Part shown: positions 49,274-57,963 of the stretch, in pieces
Layout of the letters: each line of letters begins with the position of its first letter
Numbering within the stretch: the first letter of the stretch is position 1
Virus record (IMG/VR): IMGVR_UViG_3300044557_000292
Span: 64,001 to 128,000 of that record
Reading direction: 5' to 3' (one strand)
DNA: 64,000 nucleotides
Source: a virus
Lineage: Duplodnaviria > Heunggongvirae > Uroviricota > Caudoviricetes
Program-made: the position numbers and the translations under genes
Notes under the pieces: generated by a model
What the model saw: the letters and a program-made list of their open reading frames with translations, nothing else
The model's database searches: none
Told to the model about the DNA's origin: nothing

Positions 49274-50539
49274 ATGCCTGATAACTCATTCCTGAAAGAC
49301 CCATATACTAGGGATACGATCTTCTCCCTCATGGCTGGGATAAAAGCTCATAATAGTCAGATGATTGTTGGCAATCCTGGTCTTGGCAAGTCAGCGTTAG
49401 TTAAGATGCTGGCTCGGGAGATGCTTCACGCTGACATGATAACGATCATAGGATCACAAAAGGAACCTCAGGACATCACTGGCTTCCCGAGGATGGTCGA
49501 CAAACCACTCACGGAAGGCAATAAGATCAGTATCACCAAGTATGCTATACCCGAATGGGAGTTCATCATCCTTACCAGGAAGGTCGTCCTCCTATTCCTC
49601 GATGAGTTCAGCAATTCTACACCGCCAGTACAGTCGTCAATGCTCCAGATACTTAACGAGAGGGAATTCCCTGATGGCATGAAGGTTCCAAAGGAGACCG
49701 TCATCATAGGGGCTATGAACCCGGTGGAGACCGCCGCTGATGGATACGAGCTCGGACTTCCCGTGTCTAATCGTCTCAAATTCATACCGTGGGAGCCATC
49801 ATTCGAGTCATGGGCGTCTGGAATGCTTTCCAATTGGGGTCACCCTGGGGACATTAGTGCTGACGAGATGTACTGGAGGAAGAAGATCGTAGCATTCCTC
49901 AACAAGAACAGGAAGCTCGTGTACAAGCTCCCTGAGAAGAATCAGAAGAGTGATCCGAATATCGTGTATCGTTTGAACGACTCGCCGGCTGAGAATGATA
50001 TCTTCAAGAAGGCCTACCCAACGAATAGGTCGTGGACTAATCTTGCCAAAGAGCTTCCGTACTGCAGGTACTCTGAAGGCGCCGGGAAATATGCGCCATC
50101 ACTCATCAGCAAGTCGGCTAACGGGCTGGTCGGTTATGAGGCGGCGAAGAGCTTCATGGAATTCCTATCTGTAAGCCAGACGAACATACCAACCCCAGAA
50201 CAGGCCTTATCGCATCCTGAATCAATACCGTACAAGTCACTTGACTTCAATGAGCTCGGCAAGCTTTATGAGAATTGCATCACGTATGCTGGCAAGAATG
50301 GTGACAGGGCTATCAAACGTCTCTTCATGCTCACCGAGCAGTACATTAAGAACGGCCAGTCGGGAATGTATACCATGCAGCATGCTCCTGCCGTCAAGGT
50401 CATGAGGATGATACCCGAGGGTAAGGAGGCTGTTAGAAAACTGGACAAGATGGTGTCTTCTAGTAACGTTGGAGAGATCTTGTCGGGATGGGGTGATCGT
50501 AATAATGACGTTACGAGCCAGGCAACGGATATAATCTGA
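49274..50539 (+). CDS. MoxR-like AAA+ ATPase
   Basis: GNPGLGKS, EPQDITGFP, LLFLDEFSN, IIGAMNP, NRL, PTNRSW. Confidence 0.92.
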   Translation: MPDNSFLKDPYTRDTIFSLMAGIKAHNSQMIVGNPGLGKSALVKMLAREMLHADMITIIGSQKEPQDITGFPRMVDKPLTEGNKISITKYAIPEWEFIILTRKVVLLFLDEFSNSTPPVQSSMLQILNEREFPDGMKVPKETVIIGAMNPVETAADGYELGLPVSNRLKFIPWEPSFESWASGMLSNWGHPGDISADEMYWRKKIVAFLNKNRKLVYKLPEKNQKSDPNIVYRLNDSPAENDIFKKAYPTNRSWTNLAKELPYCRYSEGAGKYAPSLISKSANGLVGYEAAKSFMEFLSVSQTNIPTPEQALSHPESIPYKSLDFNELGKLYENCITYAGKNGDRAIKRLFMLTEQYIKNGQSGMYTMQHAPAVKVMRMIPEGKEAVRKLDKMVSSSNVGEILSGWGDRNNDVTSQATDII

Positions 50540-52344
50540 TGCTTAGGAGGAGAAGAGATCGCTCATATGATCTCACTGATGATGAGGAAAAGATATGGAT
50601 CGCATCAGTGAGCGGAGCAGCGTTAGCGTCATCACTTCTACGTGAGACCATGATGCTACTAAGACCCTACAAGTCGAAGATTGTTGATGTGGCAGGTATA
50701 GACGATGATTGGAGGGTCGCTATTGGTCCAAAGTTCTTCACGTACCGTCAGGCCGAGCGTGAGGCAATCGTAATCCATCTTTGCCTTCACGCCGTGTGCA
50801 ATTACTCGAATCGTTCACGGAATGCGGGCCAGAATGACTCCAGCATGTCGAGGATCGCTCAGGATCTTGAGATCAATCAGATGGTCATTACGCTGAGCAG
50901 GGTGAGGCTGCCCGCGGGATCGGTTATCCCGAAGATAAGTGGAGCGGAGCATAGTGATCTTAGGGTAATTGACGTACCTGTTGGTAAGAGCATGGAACAG
51001 TATTACCAGATACTATCGCATGATTATGGAGGCAATGCTGACGACAGCAGTCAAGACGCTTCTGATTCTAATCAGCCTACTCCTATGCAAGCTAGTCAAA
51101 GTCAATCTGATAGGAACGATCAGCCACAATCAGATCGTGAGCAATCTTCAAGTGAACCGTCAAGTCGTTCACAGAAACCATCAGGTCAATCAGAAGAAAG
51201 TGATAGGAATAAAAAGCAGGATAAGAGACCTGGTAGCGCACCTCCTGAAGATCGGGAGGATTCGAACGATAGGGGAAACGGGGCTGTCGATGACTCCAAA
51301 TCTGATGATCAGAATGACAGCAATGAGCAATCTGATTCTTATGGTCAGGCTAATCCTAATGATCAATCTAATAGATCTAATCAGCCTAAGCCTGGTGGTG
51401 ATGAAGATGCGGGTAATAGATCTGAAGATGGTGGTCGTGATGAATCGAAGGACGATGATCCTGGCGACACCTGGTCGATGACTGATGATGAAGATGAGAG
51501 CTCGTCAGATTCTGATAGCAGTCAATCAGAAAAGAATCACGATGTCTGTGCTAATGCGTCTGAGTCTGACATCTCGTCGGAAGCAGATCAGGCGGGCGTA
51601 CCGAAGTCTCGTAATGACCAGAAGGTGACAGCTACATCTAAGATGATAGAGCAGGCTAATCACATAGCTGCCATTACTGGCAGAATGCCCGGACTGGGCT
51701 CAAAGGACAAGCAGTTCGCGGTCGACGTGTCTAAGGCCGCGAGCCCACCAGATCTTGATTGGAGGAGGAAGCTGCTGGCCGTCAGTCAAGATCTCATGAG
51801 CAAGCAGGCGTACAAGAAGACTGATTATTCCTTCAAGAGGGTGAATCGACGAGGATCAGCATTCATGAGGGATGTAGCCTTCCCGAGCATCATTGGATAC
51901 AATCCTAAGATCATGATGGGGATAGACACGTCATACTCCGTGTCTCATGATGAGCGCCAGATGGCATCGATTGTTAGGAATGCTCAGGAGATCATGAAGA
52001 CTGTCACTAGGGGCGGTAAGGGGGCGTTCAAAGCGTTCTGCGTTGATACTCATCTTAAGGACACGCAGATCGTTGATAATGTTGACGATCTTAACCTTAC
52101 CGGCGGTGGTGGGACAGACATGAGCCCAGCGTTCGAGTATATTAGCAACATGAATCGTAGGGATAGGCCGGACGTGTTCATCTTGGCCACAGATGGAGAG
52201 TTGAGTGAATCCACGTGGAATAAGTGCGCTAAGGCTTGGCCTAAGAATGTGAAGGTCATCATTCTGATAACAGACTCTTACTACATGGACAAGATTCCGA
52301 AGTGGCTCTTTGATGAAGCGTCGGTTATCGACATCTCCGGGTGA
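50539..52344 (+). CDS. DUF2201-type VWA partner protein (peptidase-like N-domain, disordered linker, VWA)
   Basis: HLCLH (degenerate HExxH), AQDLEINQ, GIDTSYS, GGGGTDM, ATDGE; coupled to the ATPase gene. Confidence 0.88.
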   Translation: MLRRRRDRSYDLTDDEEKIWIASVSGAALASSLLRETMMLLRPYKSKIVDVAGIDDDWRVAIGPKFFTYRQAEREAIVIHLCLHAVCNYSNRSRNAGQNDSSMSRIAQDLEINQMVITLSRVRLPAGSVIPKISGAEHSDLRVIDVPVGKSMEQYYQILSHDYGGNADDSSQDASDSNQPTPMQASQSQSDRNDQPQSDREQSSSEPSSRSQKPSGQSEESDRNKKQDKRPGSAPPEDREDSNDRGNGAVDDSKSDDQNDSNEQSDSYGQANPNDQSNRSNQPKPGGDEDAGNRSEDGGRDESKDDDPGDTWSMTDDEDESSSDSDSSQSEKNHDVCANASESDISSEADQAGVPKSRNDQKVTATSKMIEQANHIAAITGRMPGLGSKDKQFAVDVSKAASPPDLDWRRKLLAVSQDLMSKQAYKKTDYSFKRVNRRGSAFMRDVAFPSIIGYNPKIMMGIDTSYSVSHDERQMASIVRNAQEIMKTVTRGGKGAFKAFCVDTHLKDTQIVDNVDDLNLTGGGGTDMSPAFEYISNMNRRDRPDVFILATDGELSESTWNKCAKAWPKNVKVIILITDSYYMDKIPKWLFDEASVIDISG

Positions 52345-52432
52345 ACGGCTAGGTCTTAACCGTATCTGCGCTCAAGATTCACTCTTAGAGTGTGGAAATA
52401 AACTGAAACTTTATGATAATATCATAATCTAA

Positions 52433-53545
52433 ATGCGCGTATGGCGAGCCGATTGGTACCATATTACACGTCACACAAGGGATGTGGCCTTTACCATAAG
52501 CAGGGAGAAGATTATGACAGATCAATTGTATTCGGCTAGACCATTCGTGTCTCACGCCGGGCCGGATGGGAACGGATTCCGAGAGGAAGTCCTCGTCACG
52601 AAGGGCCGCGGAACAGTCGTAGACATCAGTAAGGAGAATGCATCTTCGGTTCAGGTGGAGATTAACGTTCCAACCCTCAAGTACGGAAATCTGAACGGAT
52701 GGCTGAACAAGTACATTCACTATGATGACGCTAAGAGCGCGGATGAACAGGAAATCAACCCAGAGTACCAGTTGGCATTGGACGCTATCAACGATGGATT
52801 CCCAGTGGATTTCCGGATTGAGCATCAGCGTAGGAAGAAGACGAAGAGGGATAAGGATCCAATTGATCCAAAGACTCCAATATATGAGCTTATGGGGGCT
52901 GACGAGAATGGATCTAATAAGCAGATGAATCTTGTCGGTGATACGACAGTGAAGCTTTTGGTTGGTCTTGGTAGGCCAGGTGAGCACATGCTGTTCACGC
53001 AGGATACAACAGATCCAGCTGAGGATCCTGATAATTCTGGTCCAACGTCAGCAAGACTATCAGGCCATGCTGAACGTGCTACACCCCAGCGTCACTCGAA
53101 TGGGTTCAATGAGGTACAACCTTGGGTAGGACAGAATCCCAGCGGAGAGGTCAATCCAGGATCGTATGCTGTAGACGCTTCGATTGACTTCTTCTTCTGG
53201 TTGAAAGACTATGCTCTCACCCATAATGTTGATGGCCTTGAGGGCAAGAGGGTTAGGATACTAGCCATTCACCTCGTGAGACTGGCTGATGACCTGCAAT
53301 TGGCCATTTACAATGATCGTCTCGACGCTCCCGATCGTAATATCGGATCATATCGTGAGGTTAGGTCAATCATCAAGAAGACTATTGATCATTTGTGTCC
53401 GTTGACGAATGATGACGTTGCTTCCAAGGACGCTATCAAAACGTGGATACAAAGGGTGTATGACCTTTCCCTTGACGTATGGAAGTGGGCTGTGGAGGAT
53501 TACGCCGAGTCAATTGACGTCAGCCCGTATGGTGAAGATGAATAA
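52433..53545 (+). CDS. Hypothetical protein (start possibly MTDQLY near 52514)
   Basis: 370-aa ORF; no recognised motif. Confidence 0.75.
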   Translation: MRVWRADWYHITRHTRDVAFTISREKIMTDQLYSARPFVSHAGPDGNGFREEVLVTKGRGTVVDISKENASSVQVEINVPTLKYGNLNGWLNKYIHYDDAKSADEQEINPEYQLALDAINDGFPVDFRIEHQRRKKTKRDKDPIDPKTPIYELMGADENGSNKQMNLVGDTTVKLLVGLGRPGEHMLFTQDTTDPAEDPDNSGPTSARLSGHAERATPQRHSNGFNEVQPWVGQNPSGEVNPGSYAVDASIDFFFWLKDYALTHNVDGLEGKRVRILAIHLVRLADDLQLAIYNDRLDAPDRNIGSYREVRSIIKKTIDHLCPLTNDDVASKDAIKTWIQRVYDLSLDVWKWAVEDYAESIDVSPYGEDE

Positions 53546-53570
53546 CAACGATCATGCATATCTTAATCTA

Positions 53571-53729
53571 GGAATGACCGAAGGGGAATGACTACAGGAG
53601 AAACCACACAGGTTGTGTTTACGGGTTTCACCCGGATCATTGATTCTCCTTGCCCCTTCGGTTGTTCTTTTCATTGATGTGCCTCCTGGGATTGGGCGGG
53701 GCTGCCTGAGGCAGCCCCGCCCAATTTTT
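53571..53729 (+). ncRNA. Candidate structured small RNA
   Basis: Own CATATCTT promoter 6 nt upstream, long closing stem with G-U pairs, two inner hairpins, ends in a strong terminator. Confidence 0.6.
53691..53729 (+). terminator. Intrinsic terminator
   Basis: ATTGGGCGGGGCTGCCT-G-AGGCAGCCCCGCCCAAT followed by TTTT. Confidence 0.85.
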
Positions 53730-53730
53730 C

Positions 53731-55080
53731 GTGTTAGATACGATTCGTTTTGGTACTATTATCATCATGAATGTAAACGGGGATAGAAACAAGAATCATA
53801 ACAAGAATACGAAGATTCCACTAAGAGGTGGAAGATATGATTCCCTTCCCTACGCTATACAGACGGCTACGGATTGGTTCCAGTCCCTGGGGATAGGCTA
53901 TGAATCGGTGAAGAGACTAACGGTAAATGCTCCAACGCATCCAAACCTGAAGAACATGAGGCCAAAGAATCAAAGAGAGATCATTGATCATGATAAGATC
54001 GCTCTTAAGAGCATGATAGAAAATAATGTGGCCACTCCAACCATGTTCGGATCAGTCGGAACGCTCCTCATCCTCAACGATAAGACGTCTGTAGAAGCTC
54101 TTCTATCATTAGTGACGGGTGATGATCCCCATCCGGGAGGAGTAAACGTTGAGGGGAAGCTCAGGAAGATCGCTTCAGACGGAATGTTCATTGTCATCAC
54201 TGCCCCAGGGAACATTTCAGCCGTTGGGAAGATTAGAGAGTACGTTAACAATCTTGGTATGGGTTTCAGCGACCCGAAGAAAGATTCCAACGGTGAGATC
54301 AACGCTATTCTAGGCTCATGCTCGTTGACATCATCTGTGATAAGCGAGTTGCGATCGTATGTTGGTGACAATTATGAGATTCTGCTTCCCGTAATACGAT
54401 CAATATCACAAGACTCCAGTCGTGAACAGAAGTCAATGACGTTTGAGGATATTCTCATGAGAATACCCAACCCTCCCGGTGAGATCCAACCATGGAGCGT
54501 CCGCGAGGATAAGGAATCTGGTGTTAAAAGTCGCGAAGGGCTTGACGAGCTGTGTGCTAGGGGAGATGTTGATGGTGCAGTCCAACTCTTCAACAGAATC
54601 ATGAAGGGAGGAAAGCTCCCGATCATTTACTCCTCATGGTTCTTGAGGAGAATGATCAATCTGAGCATCATGCTTATATTGATGGACGATGGCTACTCAC
54701 AGGAAGATGCGGCACACGCGGTGGGATCCGGAGGACCAGGGTACACGAAGGGTAGACCAGATCCGTTCAACGGTCTCGGCGGCTGGTCTGACAATCATCT
54801 CATCGCAATAGCTACTAATGGTGATACCTGGCATGGACGCGCGGGTGAGGGCAAGACGCCTGGGCGCGATGATCTTATATGGCTCATTCTAGAATTGAAT
54901 GCTGACAATGCGGCCATTCATGGGGTCAGCAACGGTCACGCGGTGTCCGGAAATGATCTAGGGGACGGGTCAAATGATAACAGTAATACTATAATGGTTG
55001 ACATGATCGTTAAGTCCGCATTGATCTTCAGTGGCGTGCATCGTGAAGACATTGATGTTGACTTGGAGGTAGTCCTGTGA
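53731..55080 (+). CDS. Putative DNA polymerase III delta (HolA)-like protein, divergent
   Basis: Pattern ELRSYVGDNYEIL...PW..LDELCARGDVDGAVQLFNRI...PII resembles delta lid/collar; start likely 53767. Confidence 0.45.
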   Translation: MLDTIRFGTIIIMNVNGDRNKNHNKNTKIPLRGGRYDSLPYAIQTATDWFQSLGIGYESVKRLTVNAPTHPNLKNMRPKNQREIIDHDKIALKSMIENNVATPTMFGSVGTLLILNDKTSVEALLSLVTGDDPHPGGVNVEGKLRKIASDGMFIVITAPGNISAVGKIREYVNNLGMGFSDPKKDSNGEINAILGSCSLTSSVISELRSYVGDNYEILLPVIRSISQDSSREQKSMTFEDILMRIPNPPGEIQPWSVREDKESGVKSREGLDELCARGDVDGAVQLFNRIMKGGKLPIIYSSWFLRRMINLSIMLILMDDGYSQEDAAHAVGSGGPGYTKGRPDPFNGLGGWSDNHLIAIATNGDTWHGRAGEGKTPGRDDLIWLILELNADNAAIHGVSNGHAVSGNDLGDGSNDNSNTIMVDMIVKSALIFSGVHREDIDVDLEVVL

Positions 55081-57311
55081 AGATTAAACTTAAGAGCATT
55101 CACCTGAGGAATTTCAGGATCCATGAAGATTACACTTTCACGCCAGATGAGACTGGAATCACGGCTATCGTCGGGGCTAACGGCAAGGGCAAGTCTTCAA
55201 TCATAGATGGGCTTGCCTGGGCGCTGTACGGTACTCGTCCGAACAGTAGCATGAAGAACTCCTCGTGGAGGAGGATACAAGCATCAGAAGATGATCCGTC
55301 ATATGTTCAAGCCGATATGTCTATCAATGATCAGAATATAACGATCAAACGTTCGATAGTCAACGCTAAGAACGGCGCCCAGCAGTGTGAGTGCTTTGTT
55401 GACGGTAATCTTATAGCAGGACCTGCCGTCAGTCATGCTGAGAAGTGGATCACTAAAACCATAGGATTAGACGAGGATAGCTTCCTGTCGACGATACTCG
55501 TCCAACAGAAGCATGTTGACGAGCTAGTGTCAGCAGGTCAGGCGGAGAGACGACGGATTCTAGAGCGTCTCACCGGGATCGAGGCCGTGTCAAGAGCATG
55601 GCAGTCAGCTAAAGATGATGCCAAATCTTATAGTAAGACGGCCGAGATGTACGGAGTAGATGACGATAAGCTGACAGAGCTTGAAGCTGAGGTCCAGAAG
55701 AATGATGCTCTGAAGAGGAAGTCTGAAGACAAACTCGAAAAGCTCAACGAGAAGTTCAATAAGATTGACGATGCTGGAAGGGCGTTGAGGAGGAGGGTTG
55801 ATGAGCTTGAACAGAAGGGACGGAATTATCGTGATCTTAAGAACTCAGAATCAAGACTCAGTGCTGAATCGTCAATGCTTTCAGACAGGCTGGTTAAGCT
55901 GTCAAAGCGTAGAGATGATCTGAAGAAGGTGCTCCCCAAGGTCATAGCTTCATCTGAGGACATGGAGGTCATGCAGGGCAGGCTCACAGAGCTTAATAGG
56001 AAACTTACCGAGCTTAGGGTCCAATTGTCCTCATGCAATGCGGCCATTAGTAGCAAGCCTACAGATGAGGAGGTAGCAGGAGCGGAATCAAAACGATCCG
56101 TGTTGTCTGATTCGATAAGTAAGATCGACTATCAGTCACTGATTGATAAGATTGCTAGTATCAATGATTCCATAGCATATGATCAGGCTAGGATCAAGCA
56201 GTCGAAGAAGTCCATGAGGGAGCTTGATCGCGACGGGGTGACGGAATGCCCAACCTGCCTGCAGCCGATAAGTGATCCAGAGCACGTCAGGAAAGAGTTG
56301 AACGGGAGGATTGACGAGGCTACCCATGACGAGGAATCAAAGCGCGGTGAGCTAGACGATGCTTCTAGACAGTTGAATGACTATCAGAACATGGTCAATG
56401 ATCTTAAGCAGATAAATGACGATATTAAGATCATGAGAGATCGCATTGACGGGGCGAAGAGATCTGAAGAGCAGTCTATAATCATTAACTCTGACATTGA
56501 TAGCGTGGAATCAGAGGTAAAGAGTCTTAACCAGACGATGAGGAGATTTGACGCTGATTCCGTCAAGAGAGACGAGTATGAGAGAGTGAGAGACGATCTT
56601 GCGGACGTCATGGGAAGGTCATCGTCAATCGACGCTGATCTTAATAATATTCGTAAGCAATTGTCCTCCGTGTCGGGTGGGTTCAGTGAGGACAAGCTTA
56701 AGAGTCTTCGCGAGGAGTTAGACACTAAGAGGGATGCTAGGGGTAAGGTCAATGCTGACCTGGCTGCTGTCAAGGGTGATATTAAGCTGTATGATAGCAA
56801 TATTCAATCCACGTCACGGACGATAGACATGGTAAAGAAGCAGATCGACGCTAGGAAGACGCTCCTGTCAGAATTGGAGATAAGCACTAGTTCTGTAGAG
56901 GTGTTGGGCAAGTTCAGATCCCACATGATCTTATCGTCTATACCCCAGGTTACGGACTATGCTTCAGATCTTGTCATGAAGATTACGGATGGGAGATTCA
57001 CGTCTATCCATATTGATGGCAAATTCGCCATCAACGTGGAGAGGGATGATGGGATAGTGGAGAACGTGTCGCAGCTCAGTGGTGGAGAGATGAGTCTCGT
57101 GGCTATCTGTCTACGGCTTGCCATCAGCGTCATGCTGTCTAACGGGTCACCATCACTCCTAATCCTAGATGAGATCTTGACGGCCATGGATGAGGACAGG
57201 GCTAGCGAGATCTTGACGGCCATGCAGAAACTCTCTAATGGCGGACAGATCATTATCGTAGCCCATAATGAGATCATTAAGAGCATAGCGGACAAGGTCG
57301 TAGAACTGTAA
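55077..57311 (+). CDS. sbcC: SbcC/Rad50-like SMC ATPase
   Basis: GANGKGKSS, coiled coils, CPTC zinc hook, LSGGE, LILDE, IVAH. Confidence 0.9.
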   Translation: MKIKLKSIHLRNFRIHEDYTFTPDETGITAIVGANGKGKSSIIDGLAWALYGTRPNSSMKNSSWRRIQASEDDPSYVQADMSINDQNITIKRSIVNAKNGAQQCECFVDGNLIAGPAVSHAEKWITKTIGLDEDSFLSTILVQQKHVDELVSAGQAERRRILERLTGIEAVSRAWQSAKDDAKSYSKTAEMYGVDDDKLTELEAEVQKNDALKRKSEDKLEKLNEKFNKIDDAGRALRRRVDELEQKGRNYRDLKNSESRLSAESSMLSDRLVKLSKRRDDLKKVLPKVIASSEDMEVMQGRLTELNRKLTELRVQLSSCNAAISSKPTDEEVAGAESKRSVLSDSISKIDYQSLIDKIASINDSIAYDQARIKQSKKSMRELDRDGVTECPTCLQPISDPEHVRKELNGRIDEATHDEESKRGELDDASRQLNDYQNMVNDLKQINDDIKIMRDRIDGAKRSEEQSIIINSDIDSVESEVKSLNQTMRRFDADSVKRDEYERVRDDLADVMGRSSSIDADLNNIRKQLSSVSGGFSEDKLKSLREELDTKRDARGKVNADLAAVKGDIKLYDSNIQSTSRTIDMVKKQIDARKTLLSELEISTSSVEVLGKFRSHMILSSIPQVTDYASDLVMKITDGRFTSIHIDGKFAINVERDDGIVENVSQLSGGEMSLVAICLRLAISVMLSNGSPSLLILDEILTAMDEDRASEILTAMQKLSNGGQIIIVAHNEIIKSIADKVVEL

Positions 57312-57390
57312 ATCTACGCGTCTAGCTCTTTTCTATGATAGTTAACGTTTACCGATTCATAAGATTATTACAGTGCGCTCAGGCATCAGA

Positions 57391-57478
57391 AGATGCGTTC
57401 TAACGCGCTGTGATCCGTGTGAGTAAAAAAACACATGCCACGCAGGGTCGAGCGTCTATGGCGCGTTAGAATGCGTCT
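57391..57478 (+). repeat. Dispersed ~88-bp hairpin element
   Basis: AGATGCGTTCTAACGCGC...GTGAGTAAAAAAACAC...GCGCGTTAGAATGCGTCT. Confidence 0.88.
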
Positions 57479-57578
57479 AATGACGTATAGGCAGTCCATT
57501 GACTATTAATTCCTCACGGAATAAGATAAGGTATGACTGACGTTAAAGCCCACGTCGCTCAAGACATATCTTGAGCAT

Positions 57579-57956
57579 ATGAAAATGATGTTGAACAATG
57601 CTGAACTTGAGGAAGAACTTGAGGACATTTGGGAGCACGTTCTAGATCAATATGATGCTCCACGGCTCAGCATTGTCTGCGATGAGCCTAACGAATCAAC
57701 AGATACGATGAATGGCACGTGGTTGTGGATGCAGGAAGATGGGTATAATCTCCTCAAGGTTGATAACGGGCACGCTAAAAAGATTGTTACAGATGATCTT
57801 GACGAGATTCTGTTCAGGGCATTACTCCCGAGTGTTCATGATATAGCATCTAGCATTGACGGTGATTGTTCAGAGAATGAGATTAACGTCTTCTCCTCAT
57901 TGGGAGAACGATGGGAGCATAGAATGGTGGATGAGCTCAATCGTCATCATGAGTGA
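57579..57956 (+). CDS. Imm63-like immunity-family protein (tentative)
   Basis: YNLLKVDNG...TDDLDEILF...LGERWEHRM pattern; leaderless start. Confidence 0.45.
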   Translation: MKMMLNNAELEEELEDIWEHVLDQYDAPRLSIVCDEPNESTDTMNGTWLWMQEDGYNLLKVDNGHAKKIVTDDLDEILFRALLPSVHDIASSIDGDCSENEINVFSSLGERWEHRMVDELNRHHE

Positions 57957-57963
57957 CTGATTC

